Virus record (IMG/VR): IMGVR_UViG_3300045973_000245
Span: 1-62,755 of that record
Direction: 5' to 3' (one strand)
Length of the DNA: 62,755 nt
From: a virus
Lineage: Duplodnaviria > Caudoviricetes
A program made the translations under genes and the position numbers. Positions 36,832 to 47,411 of the stretch are shown here, piece after piece (within the stretch, counting starts at the first letter, position 1; every line of letters starts with the position of its first letter). Below the pieces are notes generated by a model. It was not told where the DNA came from and ran no database searches. It saw only the letters and a list, made by a program, of their open reading frames with translations.

Positions 36832-37884
36832 ATGGATAATGTAGATGGGAGGGAAATGGCTCTTAAACAGGTAATGGATGAGATTAACAAGAAGTATGGA
36901 GAAGGCGCTATAGTAAAAGGTGCTGACGCTAAAGGACTTGTTATTCAACGTCTAAGAACAGGCTCGTTAGCACTAGATTTTGCTACTGGTGGTGGCTGGG
37001 CTATGGGGCATATGAATGAAGTGTATGGTCCGTGGTCTGGTGGTAAGACCTATATTTCTTTGACAACTTTAGCCGAAACTCAGAGGGCATATCCCGACGC
37101 TAAATGTGCGTGGATAGATTTTGAAGGTTGCTTTGATGAAGATTGGGCAGAAAAGGTCGGAGTTAATACGACGGAGTTGCTGATTTCTTCCCCTGAAACA
37201 ATGGAAGATGGTTTGCAAATTGCTTCAATGCTGATTCAAAGTGGTGATGTAGCTCTGCTAATTATTGACTCATTGGCTGCGGCTTCTCCTAAAGCAGAAC
37301 TTGAAGGAGAAATGGGTGACTCAACTATAGGTCTTAGAGCTAGAGTTGGTAACAAATTTGTGCGTAAGTATAGCCCTAAAACTAACATACTTAGTGATGA
37401 GGTTGATTTAGGCCGTACAACGTTGTTGATAATCAATCAAGAATATCAACAGATTGGTGCATATGCTGGTCCACCTATAACTCCATGCGGGGACCAAGTA
37501 AAATTTGGCTCACTAGTTAGAGTAAGGGTTAGAAGAGGCGAGCTATTGCAGGATAAAGATGGTTCTATACTGATGCAAGAGAGCAAGTTTGTTGTTGAGA
37601 AGAATAAGACTCACTCAGCAAAACAAGCAGGTAGTTTCAGCTTTTCTACTAAGGATAACCCTAAAGGGAAAGCTGGGGAACTGTACCGCGCAGGAGAGAT
37701 TATTACTTTCGGCACATTAACAGGAGTTATTCGTAAGTCTGGTGCTTGGCTATATCTTCCTGACATATTTGGTGAATTGAAATTCCAGGGTGCCCCAGCA
37801 TTAGCGGATTGGATTGCTGATAATTCGGAAGAATATAGAAAACTAGAGTCTTTAGTTGTCAATGAAATGCCTAATCTTCGCTAA
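36832..37884 (+). CDS. recA: RecA recombinase
   Basis: TGSLALD.A.GGG, GPWSGGKT, IDFE, IIDSLAA, IINQ, KNK. Confidence 0.92.
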   Translation: MDNVDGREMALKQVMDEINKKYGEGAIVKGADAKGLVIQRLRTGSLALDFATGGGWAMGHMNEVYGPWSGGKTYISLTTLAETQRAYPDAKCAWIDFEGCFDEDWAEKVGVNTTELLISSPETMEDGLQIASMLIQSGDVALLIIDSLAAASPKAELEGEMGDSTIGLRARVGNKFVRKYSPKTNILSDEVDLGRTTLLIINQEYQQIGAYAGPPITPCGDQVKFGSLVRVRVRRGELLQDKDGSILMQESKFVVEKNKTHSAKQAGSFSFSTKDNPKGKAGELYRAGEIITFGTLTGVIRKSGAWLYLPDIFGELKFQGAPALADWIADNSEEYRKLESLVVNEMPNLR

Positions 37885-38219
37885 TGTCTGACAAGCGTTC
37901 AAAGAAATATGAAACTAAGGTAGCTAAAGATATCTCTGGTGGGTTTGTTCAGCCTGCTTCTGGTGCGTTACCTTATTGGAAGCACGATGTTAGGGGAGAC
38001 TATTGGCTTGTTGAACATAAGTATACAGAAGCTAAGAGTTTCTCTATCAAGAAGAATTATTTTGAAGAGGTCTTGAAAAATGCTTTCAAAGACGATAAAC
38101 TACCTGTTATGATTGTTGAGTTTCCCAACAAGCCAGAGTTAAAGCTGGCTGTGATACGATATGCTGATTTTCTAGAATTTGATAAATACTTGGCAAGGGA
38201 GGACAATGACAGCAAATAA
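37884..38219 (+). CDS. Holliday-junction-resolvase-like PD-(D/E)xK nuclease
   Basis: YE..VAK..G..QPASGA..K.DV...LVEHK. Confidence 0.7.
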   Translation: MSDKRSKKYETKVAKDISGGFVQPASGALPYWKHDVRGDYWLVEHKYTEAKSFSIKKNYFEEVLKNAFKDDKLPVMIVEFPNKPELKLAVIRYADFLEFDKYLAREDNDSK

Positions 38220-39165
38220 TCTCAAAGACCTAGTGAAGAAGAACAAAAAGTATGTTAAGGAAGAACTAAATCTTAATGAGCTTATTGACAAATTCCTTGC
38301 TAGTCAGCAAGTAGAGTCTAATGATAGACACTCTTCATTCTTTCATCCATCCCTTATCTCAAAAGGGGTAGAATGTCAGCTTTGGTGGTGGCATTTTTTG
38401 CGTGGAGAAGTATCCGCACCTAATAAATTTTCAGATGAAACGCTGACAGCTATGCTCGTTGGTAAAGGTATTCATAATCAGGTTCAAGAGACTCTGTATT
38501 ACATGGGAATACTTGAGGGTGTATGGAAATGTATGTCTTGTGGAGCCGAATTTTGGGCACTTTCTCCTAGAGGACAATGCCCACAATGCACACAGGTATT
38601 CAAGTCCTGGAATTATTTACGCTTCAAAGAAGTGCCTATTCAGACTAGTCTTATGCGAGGACACGCTGATGGAATTATATTTACTGGTGGAAATAGATTC
38701 TTGCTTGAGTTGAAGTCCATCAAGAATGTTGATAGACCAGGAGCTAAATATGGTTATGAAAAACTTGGTACAAAACCAATGGACGACCATCTAATCCAAG
38801 CGCAATTGTATATGTATGGTTGGGCAGAGATTGCAAAGCAAGCTGTTCTTGAAGAAGAGTATGTGATAGATGAGACTGGTAAGCTTTCGGTAGAAAAACT
38901 CGTTGGTCCTGTGTACGATGGTGCAAAGGTAATAGGCCCTGTTAATAATGGGGTTATTGAGTATGTGGCTAAGAACACTTCTCAGAAAAGTTCGTATATG
39001 ATTAAGCGTAACACAGCTTCTATTCAATTTTTGCTAGATGAAATGCAATTGATTTGGAAAGCTTATTTAGAGGATACGCCAGAAATTCTTGTTGGTGTTT
39101 CCCCGACATTTAAGAGCAGTTGTACTAAATGTCCGTATAAAAAAGTTTGCTCATGGAACAGTTAG
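38206..39165 (+). CDS. Cas4/RecB-like PD-(D/E)xK exonuclease
   Basis: HPS...C, G..IH, GHADG...ELKS, QAQLYM, C-terminal C..CPY...C. Confidence 0.8.
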   Translation: MTANNLKDLVKKNKKYVKEELNLNELIDKFLASQQVESNDRHSSFFHPSLISKGVECQLWWWHFLRGEVSAPNKFSDETLTAMLVGKGIHNQVQETLYYMGILEGVWKCMSCGAEFWALSPRGQCPQCTQVFKSWNYLRFKEVPIQTSLMRGHADGIIFTGGNRFLLELKSIKNVDRPGAKYGYEKLGTKPMDDHLIQAQLYMYGWAEIAKQAVLEEEYVIDETGKLSVEKLVGPVYDGAKVIGPVNNGVIEYVAKNTSQKSSYMIKRNTASIQFLLDEMQLIWKAYLEDTPEILVGVSPTFKSSCTKCPYKKVCSWNS

Positions 39166-39174
39166 GAGTATAGA

Positions 39175-39657
39175 ATGGTTAAAGTACCTAGAAATTGGGA
39201 TGATTTGGAAGCCGTAGTAGAAGAACGAGTGACTCAGCAAGGGTATATCTATCCATCTGCGGAAGCAATTACTGGTATTTCAGATGAAGATAAGGCTCTT
39301 GATTTACGAATCTCAGAACTTCCTCAGACCGTACTGTTGGATAAATTGGCTGTATATACTGCGCTTTTTTCTTCAGCTTCTATTGATGAAGCCAGATACA
39401 TTTCTAAGAAAGCTGCATTAGAAAAAGACCTCGATATTGCTGAATCAGAAGCCTTTCAAGGAAGCCTAGCTACTACTGTAGCAGGCCGGGACCGTGAAGT
39501 TGCTTTGCATCCGAAAGTAATAGAGGTACAGCAAGCGATTGCTCTTGCCGATTATTACCTACAGAGGTATTCAGCTTTTAGAAAAGACTACGATAAAATC
39601 TGTATGCTTTATTCTAGGGCCATCACTGTGCAGTCGGAGGAAAAGAAACTTCAATAA
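39175..39657 (+). CDS. helical protein, possible recombination mediator
   Basis: Coiled-coil character within the recombination block. Confidence 0.4.
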   Translation: MVKVPRNWDDLEAVVEERVTQQGYIYPSAEAITGISDEDKALDLRISELPQTVLLDKLAVYTALFSSASIDEARYISKKAALEKDLDIAESEAFQGSLATTVAGRDREVALHPKVIEVQQAIALADYYLQRYSAFRKDYDKICMLYSRAITVQSEEKKLQ

Positions 39658-40013
39658 TGAGTAAAGTGTCACAACAATGGAAAGCACTAGAGAAACTCGT
39701 TGCTCAAAAACTAGGCGGGGTACGCTTAGTTAGAGGCGAGGATTTTGGCGTCTCTATGCTAGATGTTGAATGTGACCAATGGGCGGTAGATTGTAAATGG
39801 CGCTCTTCTTTAGCGACTGTAACGTGGTATAAGAAGTTGATTAAAGACAATGACAAAATCTACGGACGAGGAAAGAAGGTGCCAATACTAGTAATAAAAG
39901 AAAAGGGAATGCGCGGTGAATTAGTTGTGATATCGCTTGACGATTTCATTAACGTAGTAAATGACGAACGATATAAAATTGAATCAAAGGAGACAGAAAA
40001 TGACAAAGAATGA
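39657..40013 (+). CDS. resolvase-like PD-(D/E)xK nuclease
   Basis: WK.LE..VA..LGG.R...DV.....VDCK.R. Confidence 0.65.
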   Translation: MSKVSQQWKALEKLVAQKLGGVRLVRGEDFGVSMLDVECDQWAVDCKWRSSLATVTWYKKLIKDNDKIYGRGKKVPILVIKEKGMRGELVVISLDDFINVVNDERYKIESKETENDKE

Positions 40014-40314
40014 ACCACTTCTAGAGACTCTTAAAGTATCTAAAACAACCAACCCAAGTAAACTAGCTGGGGCAGTTGTAAAAATTACTCAGAAGGGTGC
40101 TGACTGTGAAATTATCGCCATTGGAGCAGGACCGATTAACCAGGCTATTAAGTCTATTGCCATTGCTAACAGGTTACTTGGTTCCAGTGGTGTTTCTCTT
40201 TCTGTTAAACCATGCTTTACAACTCTTGACCTTTCTACTGAGAAGCGCGAAGGGCAAGAAGAAGGTAAATCAGAAGTAACAGCTATTCTATTCAAAGTTA
40301 TTGTAGACAAGTAA
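40000..40314 (+). CDS. spoVS: stage V sporulation protein S
   Basis: LKVS..TNP.KLAGA, AIGAG.INQAIKSIAIA, P.F...TAI.F. Confidence 0.88.
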   Translation: MTKNEPLLETLKVSKTTNPSKLAGAVVKITQKGADCEIIAIGAGPINQAIKSIAIANRLLGSSGVSLSVKPCFTTLDLSTEKREGQEEGKSEVTAILFKVIVDK

Positions 40315-40623
40315 CAATGAATGAGTTAATTCTGAATTTAGAACCAGGCTTTGTTAATTGCTCTAGTGTAGTTGTGACCTATGATGGTAACAATATTGGA
40401 CGATTTTTTAAAGATAGATACTTTAGTAAAGTTGTGCTTGATGCAGCTAAGGGCATAAACAGCGATAATGACTTGTATGATTTTGCGTGTCTAGTTTATT
40501 CAAGCGTTGACTCAGCCATTAAGCACCGAATACTAGGACAAGAATTAATGCTAAAAAGTGTGGAAGCCCGTAATGAAGATGGAACCCTCTCAGTAAAGAT
40601 ATGTCGATAAAGGAGAATAAAGA

Positions 40624-41064
40624 ATGTCAAAGTTGACTCAAGAAGACCTTCTCAAAGATTTAGATTTTAAGTGTGAAAGATGCCAAGCAGAGTGTACAAA
40701 GATTAATGCTGCTGAAGCAGACTTAGGGTATATCTCTAAAGTTGATGGGGCATTTACACACATCTGTCAGAACTGCTATAACGACCTTCCTGAACTAGAT
40801 AAACGAGTAAGAACTTTACCGGATACAGCATTCCTTGTGATTGTTAAGGCTAATGGTGAGGGAGTTTATATGACAGTTGAAGGTGTTGATATCGCTTTTA
40901 TGCGTGACCCAACTCCTTATGATGTAATAGCAGCTTGTGAAACAGTTGCTACAGATGTTAAAACTGCCTTGACAAATCAGAAACTTCTTGGTAGACTAGT
41001 ACCTGTAATGCAGCAGATGATTCAGCAAATGTTGAAACCATCTAAACTAGTAATACCAAAATAA
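40624..41064 (+). CDS. hypothetical protein with Zn ribbon
   Basis: CERC...ICQNC; TAFLVIV; AAGGAG RBS. Confidence 0.55.
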   Translation: MSKLTQEDLLKDLDFKCERCQAECTKINAAEADLGYISKVDGAFTHICQNCYNDLPELDKRVRTLPDTAFLVIVKANGEGVYMTVEGVDIAFMRDPTPYDVIAACETVATDVKTALTNQKLLGRLVPVMQQMIQQMLKPSKLVIPK

Positions 41065-41073
41065 GGAGGTAGT

Positions 41074-41379
41074 TTGAATATACCCGAGAAGTTAGTTGTT
41101 TTTGGTAGGGAGTATTCAGTTGTAAGAGACTCACATACTGCTGATAGGTCTGAGTGTTGGGGATTTTTAGATTTACTTACTGATGAAATACTTCTGAAAG
41201 CAAGGTCTAGTGATGCATTCTCTATGACTAGAGAAAAGCAAGTTTTCATGCATGAATTGATTCATATCATTGACGATAATTTAAGAATTGGCCTTGGTGA
41301 TGATGATGCTCAAAGACTTGCTGTAGGGCTTGTAACCTTGATTGTGGATAATAAGTTGGACTTCAATGACCAAACTTAA
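41074..41379 (+). CDS. HExxH metallopeptidase-like protein
   Basis: FMHELIH motif; AAGGAGG RBS. Confidence 0.6.
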   Translation: MNIPEKLVVFGREYSVVRDSHTADRSECWGFLDLLTDEILLKARSSDAFSMTREKQVFMHELIHIIDDNLRIGLGDDDAQRLAVGLVTLIVDNKLDFNDQT

Positions 41380-41558
41380 CGAAATAATTGACATTCTCAA
41401 GAAGCATTTTGCGTTTGCATATGCTCTTGATATTGGTAATGAGGACACGCTATTCATCTTTGGTGACGATGTGCTGCTGTATGCTGTAGTAATAGATGGG
41501 TATTCTCTGTACACTGAGCAGCCGTATATTATAGCAAACGCTATTTGGGATGGGATTT

Positions 41559-42212
41559 ATGAAGATTTTCTTGGACGGGATGGAGTATCGAGCATACAGG
41601 GAGATTCTTGAAAAGGCTGGAGCTAAGTATGGGTGCTTAAACTATGAGTACTTGTGGAGACGAATGCCGAAATTTGATATCTCTGAGTGTGACTTTTTAG
41701 AAGAGCTAATGGTTCATCCAGGCCAATTATGGGGCTATGCCCTTGAAGACTACGAAAGATTTTTAGATGATAATGCAGAGTATATCTCATTTGCATTGGC
41801 TGCAAAACCTATGGATTGTGCAGTAAAAGTACTCCCCTTCAATCATGGACGGGAGTACTACATTTCTTACGAAGAATCTATGAGGCCGTTTGCTAGACAG
41901 AAGTTTAAGCGCGCGAGTGAAGCAGGAGATAGTATACACGGCTTTGGCTTTGATTTACCTTTCTTTGAGTCTACAAATAATGGGTTGTGGATGAAAGGTA
42001 GAGCCGGGATAGCTTCAGATTTTAGAAATGGTAAGATGCGAACTTACTTTGAAAATTCAATGGCATATACCATATCCTCTGCTCGACGTTTGATTTTAGA
42101 AGGGTACAAAATAGATTTGATGAAGATAAAGAAGAGAGATTGGAAAGAGATAGCCAAAGTTAATGGAATAAATTGGATGAAATATCAGGAGGTTATGGAT
42201 GAAAAAATCTGA
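41559..42212 (+). CDS. hypothetical protein, possible degenerate TGT-like TIM barrel
   Basis: IHGFG...FESTNNGLW resembles the IHGLG..DS.DS..W pattern. Confidence 0.35.
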   Translation: MKIFLDGMEYRAYREILEKAGAKYGCLNYEYLWRRMPKFDISECDFLEELMVHPGQLWGYALEDYERFLDDNAEYISFALAAKPMDCAVKVLPFNHGREYYISYEESMRPFARQKFKRASEAGDSIHGFGFDLPFFESTNNGLWMKGRAGIASDFRNGKMRTYFENSMAYTISSARRLILEGYKIDLMKIKKRDWKEIAKVNGINWMKYQEVMDEKI

Positions 42213-42714
42213 CTTTATTACACCGAGTCCACCAGGGGTTATAGATATGGAAGATGTTATTAAGGTTGACCCAGCAGACCTACAGATACTAGACCCTGAA
42301 GATACGTCTGAAGAAGTCGAATTATGGCGACCTGGGAAGATGCCTATTAGTTTTCTTCGTTGTACAACATGCTACCTAAGAAAAGAATGCCCATATTGCG
42401 ACTTTTCTAGTAACGTCTGTGCGCTGAAAGAGATAGAAACAGTTGACGTTTCGACAGGAGAAGGTATAATATCTCTTGTACAAACGATGCTAGCTATCCA
42501 AGCGCAGCGTGTTCTTCGTTTTGTGAAGATAGAAGAAATGGAATCAGGTTTTCCAGACCCGTCAGTAACTAATGAGTTGCTGATATTTGTTTCTCTAGTA
42601 GAGAAATTGAAAAAGATTCTTAGTGATGATGATTTCTTAGTTATTAGAGCGAAAGGAAAATCCGCTCAGGGCGTACTTGATAGATTGTTCGGAGATATAG
42701 GTAAGGACGAATAA
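42199..42714 (+). CDS. Cys-motif hypothetical protein
   Basis: RCTTCYL..ECPY......C; QAQRV..E..SG.PDP. Confidence 0.5.
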   Translation: MKKSDFITPSPPGVIDMEDVIKVDPADLQILDPEDTSEEVELWRPGKMPISFLRCTTCYLRKECPYCDFSSNVCALKEIETVDVSTGEGIISLVQTMLAIQAQRVLRFVKIEEMESGFPDPSVTNELLIFVSLVEKLKKILSDDDFLVIRAKGKSAQGVLDRLFGDIGKDE

Positions 42715-43369
42715 TGAGGCTACCATTTTTAGATGGCAATGAGTTTGTAAGACTTCCTGGTACCAAGCCTGCTTGTTACGGTGTGTTTAAAGCTGAAGAA
42801 TTAAACTCTCTCCTAGAAAAGAAGGAGCAAAAAGTTCTTGGTACAGCAGCAAGATTCTTGCAAGTACAGCACACACAAATTATTCAAGTGATACCTATGT
42901 CTGCTTATTCAGTTAGTGTTTTCTTTGGTGAGAAAGAAGCAGATATGTATGACTATGGTGATGAGGACTAATAATGTACTTTAGAAAAGAGTGCGAAGTA
43001 GTTCCTGTATATCAGGACATAACTGTTGATGGTAGTAACATGGTTGAGCTAACAGTAACGGGGTTTGAACCTGGAACTATCCATTACTACATCAACGGTG
43101 AAGAAGTGCCAGAAGATGAGTATGAATATTTTTGGAATGAGCAATATAAAGATGGTTATAAGGAGCAAACTAATGAACCCATTAGAAGATGAAAAACTCC
43201 TTGATGTAATAGATAATTTAGATTCAGTATTAAGACAACTTCTTTATTGGAGAAATAGTGAGGTAAATGTTCGTGCTAGGCTACCCTTAGCGAAACATCT
43301 TTGTGGTAAGCTATCTCAAAAGATTTATGAATTAGACTGTAAAGAACATTACAAGGAGGATGAGTACTT

Positions 43370-43567
43370 TTGAAAGTCAATGATAAAGTTATTTTAGTTA
43401 AGACAAGCAACTTTTACACTCAGGAATTTGAGGGGAAGTTAGGAGTTATTAAGTCTGTAGCAGAGAAAACTCCGGCCCCATATCAAGTTAAGTTTATCAA
43501 ATCCCCCCATGCTCCGGTAAGATGGTGCAAAGAAGATGAACTTAAACTAGCAGAGGAACAAGTTTGA
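43370..43567 (+). CDS. small KOW/SH3-like protein
   Basis: KVNDKV...GKLGVI...EDELKL. Confidence 0.45.
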   Translation: MKVNDKVILVKTSNFYTQEFEGKLGVIKSVAEKTPAPYQVKFIKSPHAPVRWCKEDELKLAEEQV

Positions 43568-44241
43568 ACATTGCAATAGGCTGTCCGATTTATGAGCGAG
43601 AATGGTCACTACCAAGGTGGTTTCAATGTATTTTCGACCAGAAGATGAATCCGAAAAATATAGACCTTATCTTTGCTTATACAAAAGGTACAGACGGTAC
43701 AGAAGCTATCTTAGAGAAGTATGGACAGAAATTCTCTTCTATATCTATCTTAGATTGCAATGACCTTCCTGCATTTGGTAGTAGAGATTCGGCACGATTC
43801 TATCCACTAGTTATTCTTCGTAATAGAATCTTTGCGAAACTTCGTGAGTTACAGCCTGACTATTACTTCAGCTATGATTCAGATATCTTGATTCCTGAAG
43901 GTACTCTTAAAGGTCTTATTAAAGACAAGAAAGATATTGTTGGGCCGTGGCTAGATTTAGTTCCCCCCGATGGAATTCCTAACTGTGCTACAGTAAGAGA
44001 TACGGGTGGGTTCAAGAGGTATAAACCATATGAAAAATTCTACCCAAAGGCAGGACTGTATGAAGTCTCTACTGTATTTGCTGTATCACTCATGGCAAAC
44101 GAGGTATTTAATACCTGCACTTACAAATGGCACCAAGGCGGCGAAGACTTCGGATTCGCAGAAGAAGTAATCAAAGCAGGATTTCATAGTTGGGTGGACG
44201 CTAATTTCATTGCGGAACATCTGTACAAAAAGGATATGTAA
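43564..44241 (+). CDS. glycosyltransferase, GT-A fold
   Basis: IGCPIY.R, LRN, SYDSD (DxD), GGEDFGF. Confidence 0.75.
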   Translation: MNIAIGCPIYEREWSLPRWFQCIFDQKMNPKNIDLIFAYTKGTDGTEAILEKYGQKFSSISILDCNDLPAFGSRDSARFYPLVILRNRIFAKLRELQPDYYFSYDSDILIPEGTLKGLIKDKKDIVGPWLDLVPPDGIPNCATVRDTGGFKRYKPYEKFYPKAGLYEVSTVFAVSLMANEVFNTCTYKWHQGGEDFGFAEEVIKAGFHSWVDANFIAEHLYKKDM

Positions 44242-44621
44242 TGCCACAAGTTAAAGTCATATTAGTAGAAAACATATACTCTTATGGTAACAATAAACAT
44301 AATTGGAGAGAGTTTAAGGATTCTATAACTGATTGGGAAGAGATTAGTAATGAAGAGGTTACTCTGCTACGTACTAATCTTCAGTATCTTCCTCCTAATG
44401 ATTACTACACAAAATATCAGTTAATTGTAAAAGATGATGTTCCAGTACTTAAAAGATTAGCAGAGTTAATGCCTGCTATTGAAGCAAAAGCACAGGCAGA
44501 AGAAGCAAAAAGACTCAAGAAATCTGAAACTGCTAAAAAAGCAGCGGAGACTAGAAAAAGAAAAGAAGAAGCGGCGGATAAAAAACTACTCAAAGAATTG
44601 CAGGCGAAATATGGGGCATAA
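44241..44621 (+). CDS. hypothetical protein
   Basis: ITDWEEI...LKELQAKYG; basic helical tail. Confidence 0.55.
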   Translation: MPQVKVILVENIYSYGNNKHNWREFKDSITDWEEISNEEVTLLRTNLQYLPPNDYYTKYQLIVKDDVPVLKRLAELMPAIEAKAQAEEAKRLKKSETAKKAAETRKRKEEAADKKLLKELQAKYGA

Positions 44622-46986
44622 AAACGAAGCGATACAGAAACTACTAGAGGATAGGTACTATCGTCGTGATGAAAATGGAAAGCTTTTAGAAAATGACCCG
44701 TATGAAATGTACGACAGGGTAGCCGCCACTGTAGCAGGCGCAGAAGAGATAGAAAATAATATTTGGGAGTCTAAATTCTATGCTCTAATGGCAGAGAATA
44801 AGTTTCTTCCCAATACTCCTACTCTAATTAATGCTGGCAAAGGTAAAGGCACTCTTAGTGGTTGTTTCGTACTTCCTGTACCGGATTCTATGGATGGAAT
44901 CTTTGAAGCTGTAAAACAATCTGCGATGATTATGAAATCAGGCGGGGGGATAGGTTATAATTTTGGACACCTGAGAGAAGAAGGCGCAGTAGTTAAATCT
45001 ACCGGACAGAAGTCCGGTGGTCCTATTTCTTTCATGAAATCGTTCGATGCAATGTGTGACACTGTTAAACAGGGCGGTTCTAGACGCGGTGCTATGATGG
45101 CCGTATTACCAGTGTGGCACCCTGACATTGAAAAGTTTATTGAAATGAAAGCTGATGGTAAGTCTTTCAGTAATTTTAATATTTCTGTTGGTATTACAGA
45201 TGAGTTTATGGCAGCAGTTGAAGAAGATAAGGATTGGTTTTTGTACTCTCCTAATTTTCATGATGTTGATAACATTAAAAAAATCTCAGCCATAGAATTG
45301 TGGGAAAAGATAGTTGAGCAAGCGTGGAAAACTGGCGACCCTGGACTAATCTTTCTTGACACTATAAATGCAGTACACCCATTAGATGAAGAGATTGAAT
45401 CTACTAATCCGTGTGGAGAAATCCCTCTTCGACCATATGAAAGCTGTAATCTTGGTAGTATTAATCTTATGTCTTATCTTAAAGATACTGGATATGGAAG
45501 AATTGATGGCTCAAAAGAATTATATGAATTTGATTGGGATGCTTTAGCAGAAGATATTCCTACTATGGTTCGTTTTCTTGATGATATTATTGAGGTTAAT
45601 CCTTTCCCACTTCCTGAAATTGAATTGGCTACTAAGGATGCTAGAAAGATTGGCCTCGGTATTATGGGGTGGGCCGATTGTCTTATTAAGATGAAGATTC
45701 CTTATGATAGCCAAGAAGCTATAGATTTAGCAGAAAAACTTATGTGTTTTATTCTTGAAAATGCTACAAGTGCAAGTGAAATATTAGCACATGAAAAAGG
45801 GCAGTATCCACTGTATATTCATAATGGTTATTTGCCCCCAAGAAGAAATGCTACTCTTCTTTGTGTAGCTCCTACAGGTACTCTCTCTAGAATCGCGGGA
45901 GTTAGTAGTGGGATTGAACCTGTGTTTGCCTATGAGATTCATCATAACCTAGATGGGCATGAGTATGATGAAACGCATTGGGCTTGGGATGAAGTCATGG
46001 AAGATAGACAGGTTAGACCCAACTACATGAAAACTGCTAATGAGATTCCTTGGGAATGGCACCTTAAAACACAAGCAGCGTTTCAGAAGTACATAGACAA
46101 CTCTGTTAGTAAGACCATAAATCTTTCTAGCTCAGCATCAGCATATGAGGTTGCAGACATTTATATGTATGCTTGGAAGAATGGACTTAAAGGAATTACT
46201 ATATATCGTGATGGCAGTAAAGACAACCAGCCGCTCAATAACATAGCAACCACCAATATTCCTATCACTGGAAGATTTGATTCTCAGCATAAAAATGCGT
46301 CGAATATTCCTCAAGAGATTCCAATGCTAACTACTGAGGAAGAGAAAGAGATTATTAAGAACTCTTGTGACAGTTATCTTCCTGGTGCTTATGACACAAT
46401 GGGTAATGCTGGAATAGCTGCCGCTAAATTTAAGGAAAAAATAGCCGCAAATATTATCAATGGCAATCGTAGGCGTGGTTCTGTAGCAGTAGGTCCAACT
46501 CATAAAGTGGATACTACTAAGGGTAAAGCTTATATCACAGTGAACTATAGTGAGTATCATCAAGAACCAGTAGAAATATTTATCCGACTAGGACATATGG
46601 CTACTCCACAAGAGCAATCATATGCCGATTACATTGGTAGACTTGTGAGTGTTTGCTTGAAATATAATGTTCCTCTTGATAGAATTGTCAAGCAAGGAAA
46701 CAAGGTGTACAGTGATTGCGTGTTCTGGTATGACCAGCGTTCTTTCCAGAGTATCCCCATGTTGATTTCATATCTCATTGGGTTTACTTTTGAAGATGCA
46801 TTAAAGATGGCAGAGATAGATATTGAGTCTATGCTTGATAATTGCTATGATGAAGATGATACTTTCTTTGAGGCTGCTCGATTGTTTGAAACAGAGCCTT
46901 GTCGCCATTGCGGGAAATACTCTGTTGTTCGTGAAGGTGGTTGTTTAGTTTGTACAAATTGTTATGATGAGAAGTGCGGAGGCTAA
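44611..46986 (+). CDS. nrdJ: class II (B12-dependent) ribonucleotide reductase with C-terminal TSCPD-like and Zn-ribbon domains
   Basis: PNTPTLINAG, SGCF, QGG.RRGA, TNPCGE, ESCNLGSIN, APTGT, SKTIN, EGGC..C..C..KC; no small-subunit gene seen. Confidence 0.92.
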   Translation: MGHKNEAIQKLLEDRYYRRDENGKLLENDPYEMYDRVAATVAGAEEIENNIWESKFYALMAENKFLPNTPTLINAGKGKGTLSGCFVLPVPDSMDGIFEAVKQSAMIMKSGGGIGYNFGHLREEGAVVKSTGQKSGGPISFMKSFDAMCDTVKQGGSRRGAMMAVLPVWHPDIEKFIEMKADGKSFSNFNISVGITDEFMAAVEEDKDWFLYSPNFHDVDNIKKISAIELWEKIVEQAWKTGDPGLIFLDTINAVHPLDEEIESTNPCGEIPLRPYESCNLGSINLMSYLKDTGYGRIDGSKELYEFDWDALAEDIPTMVRFLDDIIEVNPFPLPEIELATKDARKIGLGIMGWADCLIKMKIPYDSQEAIDLAEKLMCFILENATSASEILAHEKGQYPLYIHNGYLPPRRNATLLCVAPTGTLSRIAGVSSGIEPVFAYEIHHNLDGHEYDETHWAWDEVMEDRQVRPNYMKTANEIPWEWHLKTQAAFQKYIDNSVSKTINLSSSASAYEVADIYMYAWKNGLKGITIYRDGSKDNQPLNNIATTNIPITGRFDSQHKNASNIPQEIPMLTTEEEKEIIKNSCDSYLPGAYDTMGNAGIAAAKFKEKIAANIINGNRRRGSVAVGPTHKVDTTKGKAYITVNYSEYHQEPVEIFIRLGHMATPQEQSYADYIGRLVSVCLKYNVPLDRIVKQGNKVYSDCVFWYDQRSFQSIPMLISYLIGFTFEDALKMAEIDIESMLDNCYDEDDTFFEAARLFETEPCRHCGKYSVVREGGCLVCTNCYDEKCGG

Positions 46987-47411
46987 GATGGTTACAGTAA
47001 GAATTAATGTAGAAACAGGTGCAAAAGTTGAGTTTGTTAGGGGTTCTTATTGGGTTGTTAACGATAGGAATGATGAGTTATCTGTTTACTCTGAGACAGA
47101 ATCCAAACCTTTAGGCACATTTAAACGATGGGAATATGTGATAAAGACATGAAAAAACCTTATGTAATATGCCCAGCATGTAAAGAAGTGAGAATGCAAG
47201 AGACTACTGGCAAGTGGGTAGTTCTTTGCTCAATTGTATATGACGAGTATGTATCAGGTCAAAGTAATTATGAAAACTTCATCATTGTGCCGTCTAATTG
47301 TGAAGAAGAGCATTACCTTCAATGTCCTGTTTGGCGTAAAGAGAAAGATGAAAATTGGGCGAGGGACCATAGCTACTCTAGCCTAAGACAAAAAGAATCA
47401 ATTAGACTCTA

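Noticed and set aside
38206-39165. Cas4-like gene as evidence of CRISPR-Cas
   Set aside because: No repeat-spacer array or other cas genes seen; it sits among recombination genes as a stand-alone exonuclease.
46240-46460. Intein or intron in the ribonucleotide reductase
   Set aside because: The extra segment lacks intein terminal residues and reads as an in-frame linker before the C-terminal domain.
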